From contig CM022669.1 in assembly GCA_012295275.1 (NCBI GenBank), positions 14,570,001-14,634,000 of the forward strand: a stretch of DNA of 64,000 nucleotides, written 5' to 3'. This DNA comes from Chrysomallon squamiferum (Eukaryota; Animalia; Mollusca). Positions 50,871 to 64,000 of this stretch are shown piece after piece (the first letter of the stretch is position 1; the number at the start of each line of letters is the position of its first letter). Below the pieces are notes generated by a model, which worked only from the letters and a program-made list of their open reading frames with translations, searched no databases and was not told the origin of the DNA. Both the position numbers and the translations under genes were made by a program.

Positions 50871-51814
50871 AGTGCTTCGATTTGCTATCAACTGAAGATT
50901 TCCTTTTAATTCTTTCTACGAATACAACAGTGATATGATTCTATTGCATCGTTCTAAATATTTTACACGTATTTTTCATTTCAAAACATTAACGTTTTCT
51001 TTGATGTTCACGTTAACAAAGATATAATAGATAACATTAATGCACTCTCTTTTGTGTAACCAATGCATATAGACACTGTAAAGTTATTAATTAACGGGAA
51101 AAATAAAACATTTTTGAAAGTGATGCAAAACAGAATAGAGATACCATATAACAGATGGCTTAGATAAAAAAAAAAAAATATTTATATATATATATATATA
51201 TAAATATATGCAGTGGGTTCCATGGGAACTGGAATCGATAATGTATATCTGCCTGGGTTTGATTATAATTAACACATGGAAATTATTCGTATATTCAGCT
51301 TCAAGTCGCATCTGTAGGGATTTGCAAATTTCACCATTCTTCTTTCACTGAGATGAAATCCATTTCACCTGGGACACTGCAAAAACGACCTTCATTTAGA
51401 GAAAGGAAACCACTTTTAGCGTCATGTATTTTTGAAACAGTTTCTCTTGTTCTTCACCTCAAACCCTGCTAAATGATCATTTATTCAAAAGCTCTTAAAA
51501 CCTGATTGATTTGTTCACCTGTCATTGCTTCATCCAGGTGAATATCGATTTACGAGACTTCAGCCTGAGAAAAGTCACCGTTAGCTTTTTGCCTAATCTC
51601 TCCGTGAGATACCCAGACACTGTTTAGGCTATGTAATGATGTAAACAACTGATTTGCATGGACTGTTTCGGGTGTGTCGCTGTCAGTCAGCGCTGATAAA
51701 CTAACTTAACGTGACAGATAAATACTTTTCTTAGAAATTCGTACAGGTGAAATAACTCGAGGGGCGTTGCAACTATGTTATTACGTACGTTTTGTCAAGT
51801 CTTGAAGTGAATAA

Positions 51815-51840
51815 ATGAAGAAAATGACAGCCAAAAATAG
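51815..51840 (+). other. Putative first exon of a further downstream gene (MKKMTAKNR| with strong AG|GTAAGT donor)
   Basis: Consensus donor at 51841 preceded by two in-frame aaaATG codons, at the end of a CpG- and E-box-rich patch. No matching downstream exon was identified. Confidence 0.25.
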
Positions 51841-52114
51841 GTAAGTTTTTCTATTAATTTTTGTATATTAGTAAAGTAATGAGAAAAAATAATGTACATC
51901 GATCAGATTTAAAATATTTATCGTTACTATTATTAGTGTCACCATGACATAGATTTTAATAATAGTTACTAGTAACTATAGTACGTATTAGTTTTTAAAA
52001 TTTATTTATTTTCTGTTTATTCTATTCTTTTGTTGTTTAATTTTTTATTTTGTCTTTTTATTTGTTTGTTTCTTATTTATTTTATTATTTACCTATCTCG
52101 GCCTACCTTCCTCC

Positions 52115-52187
<73 letters not shown>

Positions 52188-53594
52188 CACTTCACTTCAA
52201 TCTAGAGTCCATTTATTTGACGTACAAACCATATATTACATTCAAACATAAATAACAACTCAACGACAATTTATATAGTTGCTTACTAACCACACACAAA
52301 TACACACACACACATACACACATGAAGGATGTAAACAAAACATTTTTAACCGCTGAAAATATATAAAAAAAGGCGAGGCTACATGGACTCTGATTATTCG
52401 ATTTTTGTCCTGACGGTAAAGTATAAGTACTGATAAAACACAGATTCGTGACAAAGTATTAACTTTCAGCTGCTTTATATCAGTGACGATATACAATAAC
52501 GAACGATACAAGCTGCCTGACAGTTCATCAGCTTCAACAGAATTATTAATACATCGTCTGCAATTTGCGGTGCGATCACGTGTACTTGCTTTTAGCGGTA
52601 AAATTGTAGCGCGTGCCGATTATTTTATTTATAGAAGTTTTTTTTTTTTTTTAAATTTTATTGAGTACTACTGTACTTGAATGAGAAAACAATAAAAATA
52701 AAAAATAAAAAGATAAATAAAGCAACCCGGAACACACGCAATATTAGAATATGTTATTGTATTTTATACAACTATTCCGTTTTGATGAAGTCATAAAAAG
52801 GCAGATTAATGAAAAGTTACATTAATAATAAATAAAAGGGCAAAAAAAAAGATGAAGAATGAATGAAAGAATGAAATAAATTTATCATTTTCGATCTGTG
52901 TCTATCTATCTGTCCGACTGTCTGTCTGTCTGTCCGACATTCACACATACACACATGCAGAGTGGCAATGTCGAGCAAGGGCATAACTACAGCTTCAGAA
53001 AGTAGGGTGGTATCATTTGGTGTTCAATTTTCAGTACGAATTCGATTTAACAGTAAAGAAAAGAATCGTTGAAAAAAAAAAAAAAAAAAAAAAAAATCAA
53101 AATAAAGAAAGAAAGAAAGAAAAAGAAATAAACAAAATAATAATAAATAATAAATACAAAAATAATAATAATAGACTCACATTTCATTCTTGGATTTCTT
53201 CTTATATGCAAGGCCGCTTTAAAACATGAAAATAAAAACCAAATAGCTTCGTTATTCTTACGTAATGTCGTTGATAAAATACGTCTTTATGATACAGACT
53301 GTATTACATCAGTTTCCTTGTCTCGCGCTGCGGAAAGGTAGACAGACCCCTGATGCTTTCAAGAGAAGATAATATCAGGTGTTATCAAAATAAAATTTTA
53401 ATATGCTGTCATTATAAATAAAAATAAAAAACACCGGAGGACAAAAAAGGGGTTTCGCCTATGCACTGGCTTAGTTCTGTGCTATGATTATATATATCTC
53501 TATGGTCTGTACTGATTTCTCTTTATAATAAACTATACAAGATTTCTTATTAACTGATCAAAGTAGTAATTACGGTTGCATTAGTTATATGTTT

Positions 53595-53689
<95 letters not shown>

Positions 53690-54288
53690 GTGAACAAATA
53701 AAAAGAAAAAAATTCAGCCATGGTTTTATGAACTGATGTTAATGAAAAATAACTTTTTATTGATTTTTATCCCAACATTGAAACATATCTGATTGTCTCC
53801 GACGCCTGCATGCAACATATGTTTGAAAATATACTGGTGATTAAACCATCTGTTTTCGATGACAAGTCTAGATTGGTTCCCCGCATTCGCTCCACTGAGT
53901 ACGAGTAGCGAGTACGCGTGACTAGACTGGTATGTAGGTGCAAATACCAAAAACAAACAGCGCCATTTTTATACCGAGGTGAGGCAACTCCAAGCAACAG
54001 TAGATCCTAAACAAGTATTCGGGTTTCGAACAAATTCTTGTTTTTATGAGTTTTTTGTTTTTTGTTGTTTTTTTGTTTTTTCCAAAGAAAGTCTGGATAA
54101 TGTCCTAGACATATTATTATTCAACGATATAATTTTTAAAGTCAACATGTGCATATAAAACAATTTAAGCTACCTAAACGATGATTATTGTCTATAATGA
54201 TGATGATAATCATCATAAAATGAGAGAGAAAGATATAACATAGATAGATAGATCGAGATATAACTATATAGACAGAGAGATACCTAGC

Positions 54289-54375
<87 letters not shown>

Positions 54376-54729
54376 GCTGAAAGTTAACTGTAATCGAAAA
54401 TGTTTGATCATTCTGCTTCTGCATCGACCGTAACTGATCTCAACGTAACCAAATTAATCTTCCTTTCATGATTCAAATAAAACCATAAAATGATTCTTTT
54501 TTTTTTTTCTTTTTTTAAACTCTGTAACAGCGGGCGTTTGATCTCACGCATTCATCTAGCCCCCCATAATTACGAATGTTGTTTACACCGTTTCCACGTT
54601 ACAGCATTTGTACCTTATTATTATTATTATTATTATCATCATCATCATCATCATTATAAAACCGAATAATGATCATGTTATAATAAACAAATAAAATGAA
54701 ATAAAATATGACTTAAAATAAAAAGACGT

Positions 54730-54846
<117 letters not shown>

Positions 54847-55607
54847 AATTGAATGAAGGTGGTTTTTGGAGTGTTTTTTTTTTTTTTTTTTTTTTTTAAT
54901 TACGTCAGGTTAACTTTTAATATTTAAGAGCTATTTAATTATATTTATATGGAGAAACAGCCACAAATACAAGGCTAACAGCAAAACCAACTTTAAAGGA
55001 AATCTAACGACCGATTATATGCATTCATCTCACCTCACCACTAGATATTTCTTGACGTAAAGTTGAACTACAGTCACTTCTGATTAGTCGATTCGATTGC
55101 TGAATGTAAATATCAACAGTATCTGCTGATAGGTTAAGATCTGAGACACATACAGGTAAAAAAAAAAAAAAAAAAGAAAGAAAAAGAAAAAGCAAGGTGT
55201 GTATTTGTTTTTAAAATAAACAACACGTTTCTGTTTATTAATAGCTGCAGTTCAATTTAATCGAAGAAGATAACGTTTCTGTAGAATATTTTAAACACGA
55301 ACTGTAGTGAATAATTAATGTAAGATGAGATGTTACTGATAAACCATGTTTTCTCTTTAAATTGAAAGGCTAAAATAAATATCAGAAAATTGATTTCTAA
55401 AAAAAAATACAAAAACAATTAATAATAATAATAATCATAAAAAACAATAAATTTTAAAATTTTTAATATTGTACGGGATCCATAAAATGTTTTTACTGTG
55501 TAGAAAAACAAGTACAGATATACATGAATACGTACATACAATCATACACAAGTACCTATATACTAGCCTATCTATGAGCATATATCTTACTTCCTAAAAT
55601 AATATTA

Positions 55608-55795
55608 ACTGGTAGAATGTTCTACGAGTGGTTTACCAAAAAATTAGGCTATTGTTTTCCTCTCTGCGTAAAAATGTAGAAAATTAAAAGATCCCTTGTT
55701 GCGTATCTGTAACCGCTGTTGTAACTTTGCTTCCTCTGTTATATCGTTACAAAAAAGAATAGTGTGCTGGACTACTAAAAACCGTTAAAATTAAA
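55608..55795 (+). mobile_element. Possible degraded SINE core fragment
   Basis: taaaagatcccttgttgc and flanks resemble a gastropod SINE core as recalled. A second fragment (gttccagtcagtgctccgtaactg) lies near 58000. Not verified by any search. Confidence 0.3.
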
Positions 55796-56286
55796 ATACG
55801 CACACGTGTTGATAAAAAAGGTTTATGATTATTTATATTCATATAGCTTCAACTTACTTAGTATACTGCAAGGGATACGAAACTGATAATAATGTTTCAG
55901 TGATCGCATCATATATATATACTTTTTATTCCGTGATGGAATGATCGGTTTCCCTCCCAGTGTCTACACGTAAGAATCGTTTGCGAAATAATCAGTCTGC
56001 TTGACGTAAGGAAACGTACTCTATTTCAGGAAGATTAGCTCATATACAGGACAGGTCATTGATACCACTAATATTATTATATAAACATACTCTATGTCGT
56101 TTGTTTTAAGCATTGTCTTGGAATGGAATTAAGTGCGTGTTTATTTTGAAAACATTTTTGATTGAAAACCTACGTAAAGGGACGTAATCACAACATCCGA
56201 TTCGTCGACGCTATTTGAAAAAGCAAAGAACTTAAATGATTAGTAACTGAAAACGTACTTTGTTTTCCGCTTTCGACACGTAAAAC

Positions 56287-56334
<48 letters not shown>

Positions 56335-56714
56335 TACACAAACACAAAGATAATAATAAAAAAAAAAAAAAATTTGAATTAAATAACAATATCTTAGGTA
56401 TAAATAAATAAATAAATAAATAAAAATAAAGTAATTGCAGTATTTACATCTTATTCATTTTATATGAATAAGATTTTCTACGCAGGCATTATAAAGATCT
56501 TTTGTTAAATCCGCTTACTGCTATATATAATCTTTGTAATTATGTGTTATTTAACGATTTGTAATTTATTTTATCTTCGTAAAATTTCTATGAATTTTGT
56601 CTGAAAACGAGTTTCACGCTCTTTGTTACCTCATTTCGAAAAAGCTCTAATGATGTTCAAGTCTGTATTTGTGAAAACTCCGTCAAGGTCACTGTGTAAT
56701 TTATTTTGACATTC

Positions 56715-57062
56715 AAGAATTATCGAATTATTCTTTGTACATTCCTTCCAATAAGTATGGTTAAGCTGTGTAAACATGATGTAATTTTAAACACCATTTA
56801 TGATGGACTGTATTTACTTTATTGATCTGTTTGACAGAACGTTGTATACACCTGTATCTAAAATAAGCTATGAAACAAACGCATGTTTACTTAGCTATAT
56901 TAAGAATTATCGAATTTTTCTTTTTTGACCATTACTTCCAATAATTATGATTAAATTGTGTAGATGTGCTTTAATTTTGTACACTATTTATGAAGGACAA
57001 TATTTACTTTATTGATGTTTGATAAGAATGCGGTGTAAGCGTACTATAATACGTAAGCTATA
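56715..57062. repeat. Diverged direct duplication, about 187-bp period, 2 copies
   Basis: aagaattatcgaatt...cttccaataa...tatttacttt...taagctat occurs from 56715 and again from 56902. Confidence 0.8.
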
Positions 57063-57176
57063 ATAAATAATAAAAATAAGATATAATATTCATAGGTATT
57101 GCATATAAATACACACATACAAACAGAAATAAGGAAATTTATTTTAGATTAAACAGAAAAGAAAAGAAAAAGATTA

Positions 57177-57224
<48 letters not shown>

Positions 57225-57279
57225 AATAAACTGAAGAAGCTGTTAGGTATTTCATGTACATATGTAAATAAATACATAC

Positions 57280-57404
<125 letters not shown>

Positions 57405-59260
57405 CGTACATACATACATACATACATACATACATACATACATACCTCTAAACTGACACCTTTATGAAAACATGTATCATTTCAAAAACGTGTGCATATT
57501 TTATCATTATATAATATCAGACAACGATTTAGCCATTCCAGTTTAATTGCTGTTGAGTTGCTTAGGAACCACCGAAATAAATCATTTCCAGCCTCATGTT
57601 GGTCGCATTGATTTGTAATTAAGCCGATATTTTCCTTGGTCGAGCATATAAAAGTGTTATTTGATTTCTTGTATGATTGATACGATCATAAACCTTAATC
57701 TCACGCCGTTTTATGAACATTCAGACAAATCGCCCGATGAAAACGTGTTTCGACAGTTGTCTGCGACATAAACACAAATACGTAAAATGAAAACGAAAGT
57801 CCGGCCTTAAATTGCTTGTCCTATTTTACGTGCATTACGTCATCATACGTCACTAACTGCAGGTGGAATGTAAGGGTTCCAATTTAATTTTTTTTTTTTT
57901 TTAATCTTACTGTTTTAAACACACACACACGCACATACGCACACATGTATAGGCATCAAGGCCCATAGGATCTAATCTTTTTTTGGATCAGTTATATCCT
58001 GTTCCAGTCAGTGCTCCGTAACTGTTAATATCCACAGAAATAATGTATACGATTTCATTTGTGTGAGAAGGTTTATATTATTATTATTATTTTTAATGGT
58101 AATCTTTTATTATTATTATATATATATTTTTTTTTATGGTATGTATAAAAAAAATAAAAATAAAACAATTATGACTACTATTGCTTCATAATAAGCTTGT
58201 GTCGTTTATTGGTTAGTTCTGACTTCAATTTTTAAGTGCTCATTTCGTTTCGTGTATAAAAGTTCTTCTGTTCGGTACATGCATTTAAATAGAGAGCTTT
58301 TTTGTTATCACCTTAAGATGTCTACAAATTCAAAAAAAAAAAAAAAAAGAATAGAAAGAAAATAAAAAAATGAAGACGATATCTAACTATTGTGTAATGA
58401 TGTTGTAGAATTTCAAAGCAGATAAACGGCAGTTTTAAGACAAACAGTTAAACCTTAGATTGTATCGGACCTCTGCTCAGTGGTTTCGATTTTTGACGAT
58501 AATAAATTGGCGAACATGGCATTGGTTCTGAGGCAAATGTTTGATTTTTCTCTGGAACAGTGGGCGTAGTACACATTTCAGATCTAGCGATAGGCAGCCG
58601 CTAACAGTGGTGAATGTGTCTTACACCAGTGCAGTGCTATGTCAACATATGTCTTATTATGCACATTTGTTTTCCTGTGCAGTGGTTTAGTGGTATAGAT
58701 GTTAATTCGTACAAATATAGAAAGTAAAAAAAAAAATAATAATAACAAAATAACAACAAAAAAACAACAACAAAAACAACAACAAAAAACATATACATAA
58801 ATAATTCACATTAAAATAAAACTTCAGTATTATCATTTTAAAACGTAAGTCATTTTAACGACTTCGGTCTTTTTGTCCGTTAAATGGAGGGTCTACTGTA
58901 TTTCAGTAACGAAATCCTACAGTCACAGTCTTGAATTTCAAGTTAATTTTAATAAACTCAAAGACTGCAGAGTAAATATAGCAGAATTTTAAAACAAAAT
59001 TAAACAATATTTCATTCCAGGTACTTCTAAAGACACGCGAAACAAGCGATTTTATGTACCATTTGTTAGAATCAATAACAATTTGTTTCCCACAATTTGC
59101 TTTTAACGTCTGGACTTTTTCCATTTAACATTAATATTTGTAAATGGTTTCAGGTTGTGTTACAATAAAAACATATTAATTCTGCATCATTCTTTATTAA
59201 TATTGGCGGCTTTTTGCATTAAAGAGAAATCATTTTGATTAATTCTTGAAAGGTTAGGCT

Positions 59261-59292
<32 letters not shown>

Positions 59293-59641
59293 CTTCACTT
59301 TTCCATGCATCATTGTTTTGTAATTTGCTTTAAGACTGATTGATAATTTACTTCTTTTTTATTCTTTTTTTTGCGTTTTATTTGTGTGGTTTTTGGGTGG
59401 TTTTTTTTTCAATTGAAGTATGTTCTATTGCTGTTGTTGTCATCGGTTTTTTCTTTTTATTATTATTGATGTAGTGAATGCTTTCGTTTTTCAATTTCTT
59501 TATTCAGTGTTTACAACTTTTTTTTGTTATAATGAACTAATTATTACAGGATATTATAACTCAGACATTTTATTCTGGTATTTTAGATAATAACAACAAA
59601 ATATGGTCAAAAATACAAAATGAAATCATAGTTTATTATTA

Positions 59642-59672
<31 letters not shown>

Positions 59673-59902
59673 TTTATTTTTTTTTTATTTTTTTTTTTTT
59701 TTTTGTATTTTAAAACTTTTAAAATAATACTGATAATAACAATATATTAGTATTTTTTTTTTTTTATTATTATTATTATTACTATTACTATTATTATTGT
59801 TATTATTATTTTGTATTTTTGTTGTTGTTGTTGTTCTTCTTCTTCTCTTTTTCTTCTTCTTATTATTAGCAGTAGCAGTAGCAGTAGTAGTAGTAGTTGT
59901 AT

Positions 59903-59956
<54 letters not shown>

Positions 59957-60349
59957 CAGTAAAAGTACTAATTTTATAATATCCTAATTCATTATGGTTG
60001 TCGTTGTAAATAAAATAAATGTATTATATTATGCAGTCAGCTCAAAGGATAATGATACATGATATCTGAGTGAACGAACCCTAACCGTAATGAAACTGAA
60101 ATCAAGGTGAGGATGTTGTCAGCTAAATCTGCCATCAGTTAGTCCATTAACCCCGTGATAAGCCTTTACCTTAATGTTTGTTTATGTTGCATGCACGAAG
60201 CTGGTAAATTCCTAATTTGACGTCGACTTTGTTAAGTCACCCTGTTGCGTGTTAACACAGCATGTAACTCATTTTCAATAGCTTGTAATTTCCCACTTTT
60301 ATACTGATTTAGTTAATGATTTATAGAACATGTAACACGTAGTTACTAA

Positions 60350-60870
60350 CTCGACACTGACTTAGATAATTACCCTTACTGCATGTTTAGATAACATCTA
60401 CTAACTAAGGGCTTGACACTGACTTTGTGTTTTACCTTACTGCCTGTTTAGATAAAATATATCCAGGGTTTGGCATTAATTTGTTAATTACCTACTGCAT
60501 GTTTAGATAAAATATATCTAGAGTTTGGCATTGATTTGTTAATTACCTTACTACATGTTTAGATAACATATATCTAGAGTTTGGCATTGATTTTTAATTA
60601 CCTTACTACATGTTTAGATAACAAATACCTAGGGTTTGGGATTGATTTATTAATTACCCTTCTACATGTTTAGACAACATAAACTAAGGATTTCACACTG
60701 ACTTTGTTAGTTTTTCCATTGTATGTTTAGATAAAACATACTAACTTTGTTAGCTACCCATTTTCGTGTTTAGATAATATATAATGATTGTCTGAGACTA
60801 ATTTAGCATGTGTCGTATGCTCATTAGTTTCGTTTGACCTTTGTTAAACTACTGCATGTTTAGATAGATT
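60350..60870. repeat. ~55-bp minisatellite, about 7-8 copies
   Basis: Unit ttaccttactacatgtttagataacatatatctagagtttggcattgatttgttaa, clearest at 60488, 60543 and 60598. Confidence 0.85.
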
Positions 60871-61614
60871 TCCTATACAGGTTTCAGATACAAGTGTGCT
60901 AAGCTTATAAATCCCTAATTGGACAGTTTGTTATTTTAGTGTCATGTTAAGCTTTAACTTCCTAATTATACATTCAGTTTGCTTTGCTTTTGTACTTTTT
61001 TTTTTTTTTTGGATTTTTTTTTAATTTCTTTTTTTTTAAATAATAAAGTACATTTATAACAAAAATAAATAAATAAATAAATAAATATATTTTAATTCAG
61101 CACAATCATAATGATAAATTAACGATTTCAAACGAACATGTACGGAAATAACCGAACTTTACCGAACTTAAGGCCACTGGCAAATATTTAGCGGTGCGCA
61201 TCTGTTGTTTATTTTTTCTAACATTCCCCATTAACCCCTGAGTATATGTTCATCAAACATCGTCAGTTTTGTGTGGAAAAAAGGATAATCAAGCTTGCTG
61301 TGGCGGATAAACAATCCATTGAGGTTTGAGGACGTCCTGTTTATCCGCAAGGACAACAAAAAAACCCGCTCCAGACAACTGTTATGCGAAACACAAAGAC
61401 GAGTTGGCCTTAGACAGGAAGCTTTTAAAGTCAACAGAGTTAGCGGGCTTTGTATATATATATACAAGTAACAAGCTCACATGAAAAACAGCTTCTCTTA
61501 GGGTAACCATCGAGAGACCAGATTTAAGAAAGAAAAGTTAATTTATACTTATTAGGGATTTCAAACGAAACACGAAAGTTGAAGAAAGGAATTCTGATGA
61601 TGATGATGATGATG

Positions 61615-61646
<32 letters not shown>

Positions 61647-61653
61647 TTTAATT

Positions 61654-61693
<40 letters not shown>

Positions 61694-62102
61694 TAACATA
61701 TTATCAACATCAGTAACAAAAGTAATAATATCAAAATCAACAAAAACATAACAACATTAATGACCATAACGTCAGTATCAACAGTAATAACACAATTATC
61801 ATCAACAACAATATGAATAAAATCGACAGTGCTGCTATTGCCTTTACTGCTCCTAATATTACTGTTAATAACAACAATAACAACAACAGAATTTTATAAT
61901 CAGTAAATAAGAAAATAAAAATGTATATAATTATGAGTTTATGTAAGCTGTTTTAATATTACAGTTGTTGTCGTTGTTATTATTGTTGTTGTTGCTAGCT
62001 GTTGCTTCTGTTTTAGTTAGTATTGTATTATTATCGTTGGTTTGTGTTGTCGCTGTTGTTATTATCGGTGTGGCTGTTGCTGTTGGTATTGTTGTTGACT
62101 CA

Positions 62103-62141
<39 letters not shown>

Positions 62142-62375
62142 TTTTTATTATTATTATTGCTGTTGTTGTATTCAATGAAATAATAAAATAATGCAGAAGT
62201 TAAGTACTCGGTACAGGTTCATTTTATTACATTCATCCTGATTAAACAATCATCATTAGCTTTTCATTGACATGGTTGCCATAGCAGCATACAGGATACA
62301 TTAACGCGCGTTTTCAAAGCAATAATTTACTTGAATATGTATATTAAACATGTTGAAATGTTTACAGCCTTGAAC

Positions 62376-62414
<39 letters not shown>

Positions 62415-63381
62415 GAACTGAAATAATGAATGTATAATAAAATTATATTTCATCATAACCATTTGAGGGTATAAATCGTTCTTTTCGTCTGCAAATAATG
62501 CCTATGAAAGAGTAACTACCCTGTCGCAGTTCTGTGGGTTGTTCTTATCGATTACAGAAAAGTACCTTTCCAGCAGAAATCATAGGCAAAAAAAAAAAAA
62601 ATATATATATATATAAAAATTAAAATGTGCACAGTGTTTTTTAAAAAGTGTCGTAAAGTCTCAGGATAGCGGGAAGTAACTCCTTTCAGTACGCTAATAA
62701 AAACCTACCTTGTGATCCCTTAAATTATATTTCGATTTTTTAACAATAACAACAACAATAAAAATCTATTCTTGGTTCGAAACTTTAAAACGAACTCATG
62801 GTGACTACTACAGGAAATATTTAAAAAATTTACTTTGATCGTAAAACGAAATGCAGTTTAGAAATATAAAACCGCAAAGTATGTAATATATATATATAAG
62901 TACAGATGTATGCAGTGTAGTTATCATGGAGGTGTACATACTGTTTTAACTACTGTGTTACATCTTCAAAGTGCCTGGATTTGAGGAAATCAGAAGTAAC
63001 TGTTAATACAAAGTCTTATGAAGAATTAAAGGAAAAAAATTGCTGTCACTGAAATAAAGTTTTCTGATCTTTTCTTCTTTTAATAAACAATTTTTGCATT
63101 TCTTCTTCTTCTTTTTTTTTATTTTTTTTATTTTTTTTTTTTTTTTTTTTTGTTGTTGTTGTTGTTTTGGTTCTATTATTATTATTTTTTTAATCTTTTT
63201 TTTTTTGGTATTTAATATTTGGTTATTTTACTTTTTCTAAAACGGATTTGTTTTCAGTTTCATCTCTCATAACGTTTACGTTTATTTTGATTTTAAGGCT
63301 TTTAAAATGTACCGTTTGCGAGATCGATAAGCGGTTATCTTGAAATGATGGTGAAGTTTAAAATAATAATAATAATAATAA

Positions 63382-63424
<43 letters not shown>

Positions 63425-64000
63425 ATACATACATACATAAAGGAATAAATGAATGAATGAATTAATAATAAATTATTATGAAACTTTTTATTATTTTATT
63501 TTTAGCCGCACAATTTAAAAGATAATCTTTATGACATCTCTTAGAGTTGTCGTTGTATCGCCAAACCTCGATGACGTCACATCAGCAGACCTGGACAATA
63601 AATACGACATTTCTGATCAAGTTTATCGACCAAGACTAACAATACAAGGTGCTGTTAAATCAATAATGATAGAAAAGATTACATCTGTTTGTGGGATATC
63701 TCTCTGTGCCTAAAACAAAACAAAATGCGTCATACTGTTTCAGTAGTTTTCATATCTCTGTGTTAACAAGCTGGTGTTTTTGTTTAATTTTACCTTTGGT
63801 CTGCCTCGGATAAGTAAAGTTTCGAATAACACTCGCGGAATTTTATATATTTGGTATAAACCCTTTGCTATAATCGTGTGGACAAAGCTTTCTTTAAAAG
63901 ATTTTGGCAAATCATTAACTTCACTTTGGAATAACCAAAGGTCAGACTGTAGTAAAGGATTATTATTTTGTATTTCCTTTATATATATATACATATACAT

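Noticed and set aside
63531-64000. Short ORFs 63531-63713 (+) and 63740-64000 (-)
   Set aside because: No recognisable domain or convincing splice context, so they cannot be supported as CDS.

Overview
AT-rich, microsatellite-dense animal genomic DNA, probably a lophotrochozoan such as a mollusc (inference from composition and gene style only). Three intron-containing genes were assembled by hand with consistent GT-AG junctions and phases. (1) The 3' part of a divergent Shaw/Kv3-like potassium channel on + (coding exons 12402-19490); its first T1 exon(s) were not found in the window. (2) A complete 32-exon Integrator complex subunit 3 gene (INTS3/SOSS-A, about 1021 aa) on - (45402->26906). 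(3) A complete 5-exon PHAX gene (snRNA export adaptor, about 456 aa) on + (46678-50198), head-to-head with INTS3 across about 1.3 kb. The most unusual signal is that INTS3 introns carry tandem arrays built from the gene's own splice junctions: four copies of the exon-19 acceptor plus exon start, about 12 copies of the exon-31 end plus donor, and possibly a third array at the exon-17 donor. These create decoy splice sites whose use would truncate the protein. Other points: a PVP->TVP S6 gate and an extracellular CxCxC in the channel, an in-frame alternative donor adding 33 hydrophobic residues to INTS3, and clustered CRE palindromes. Most short ORFs in the track are microsatellite artefacts.
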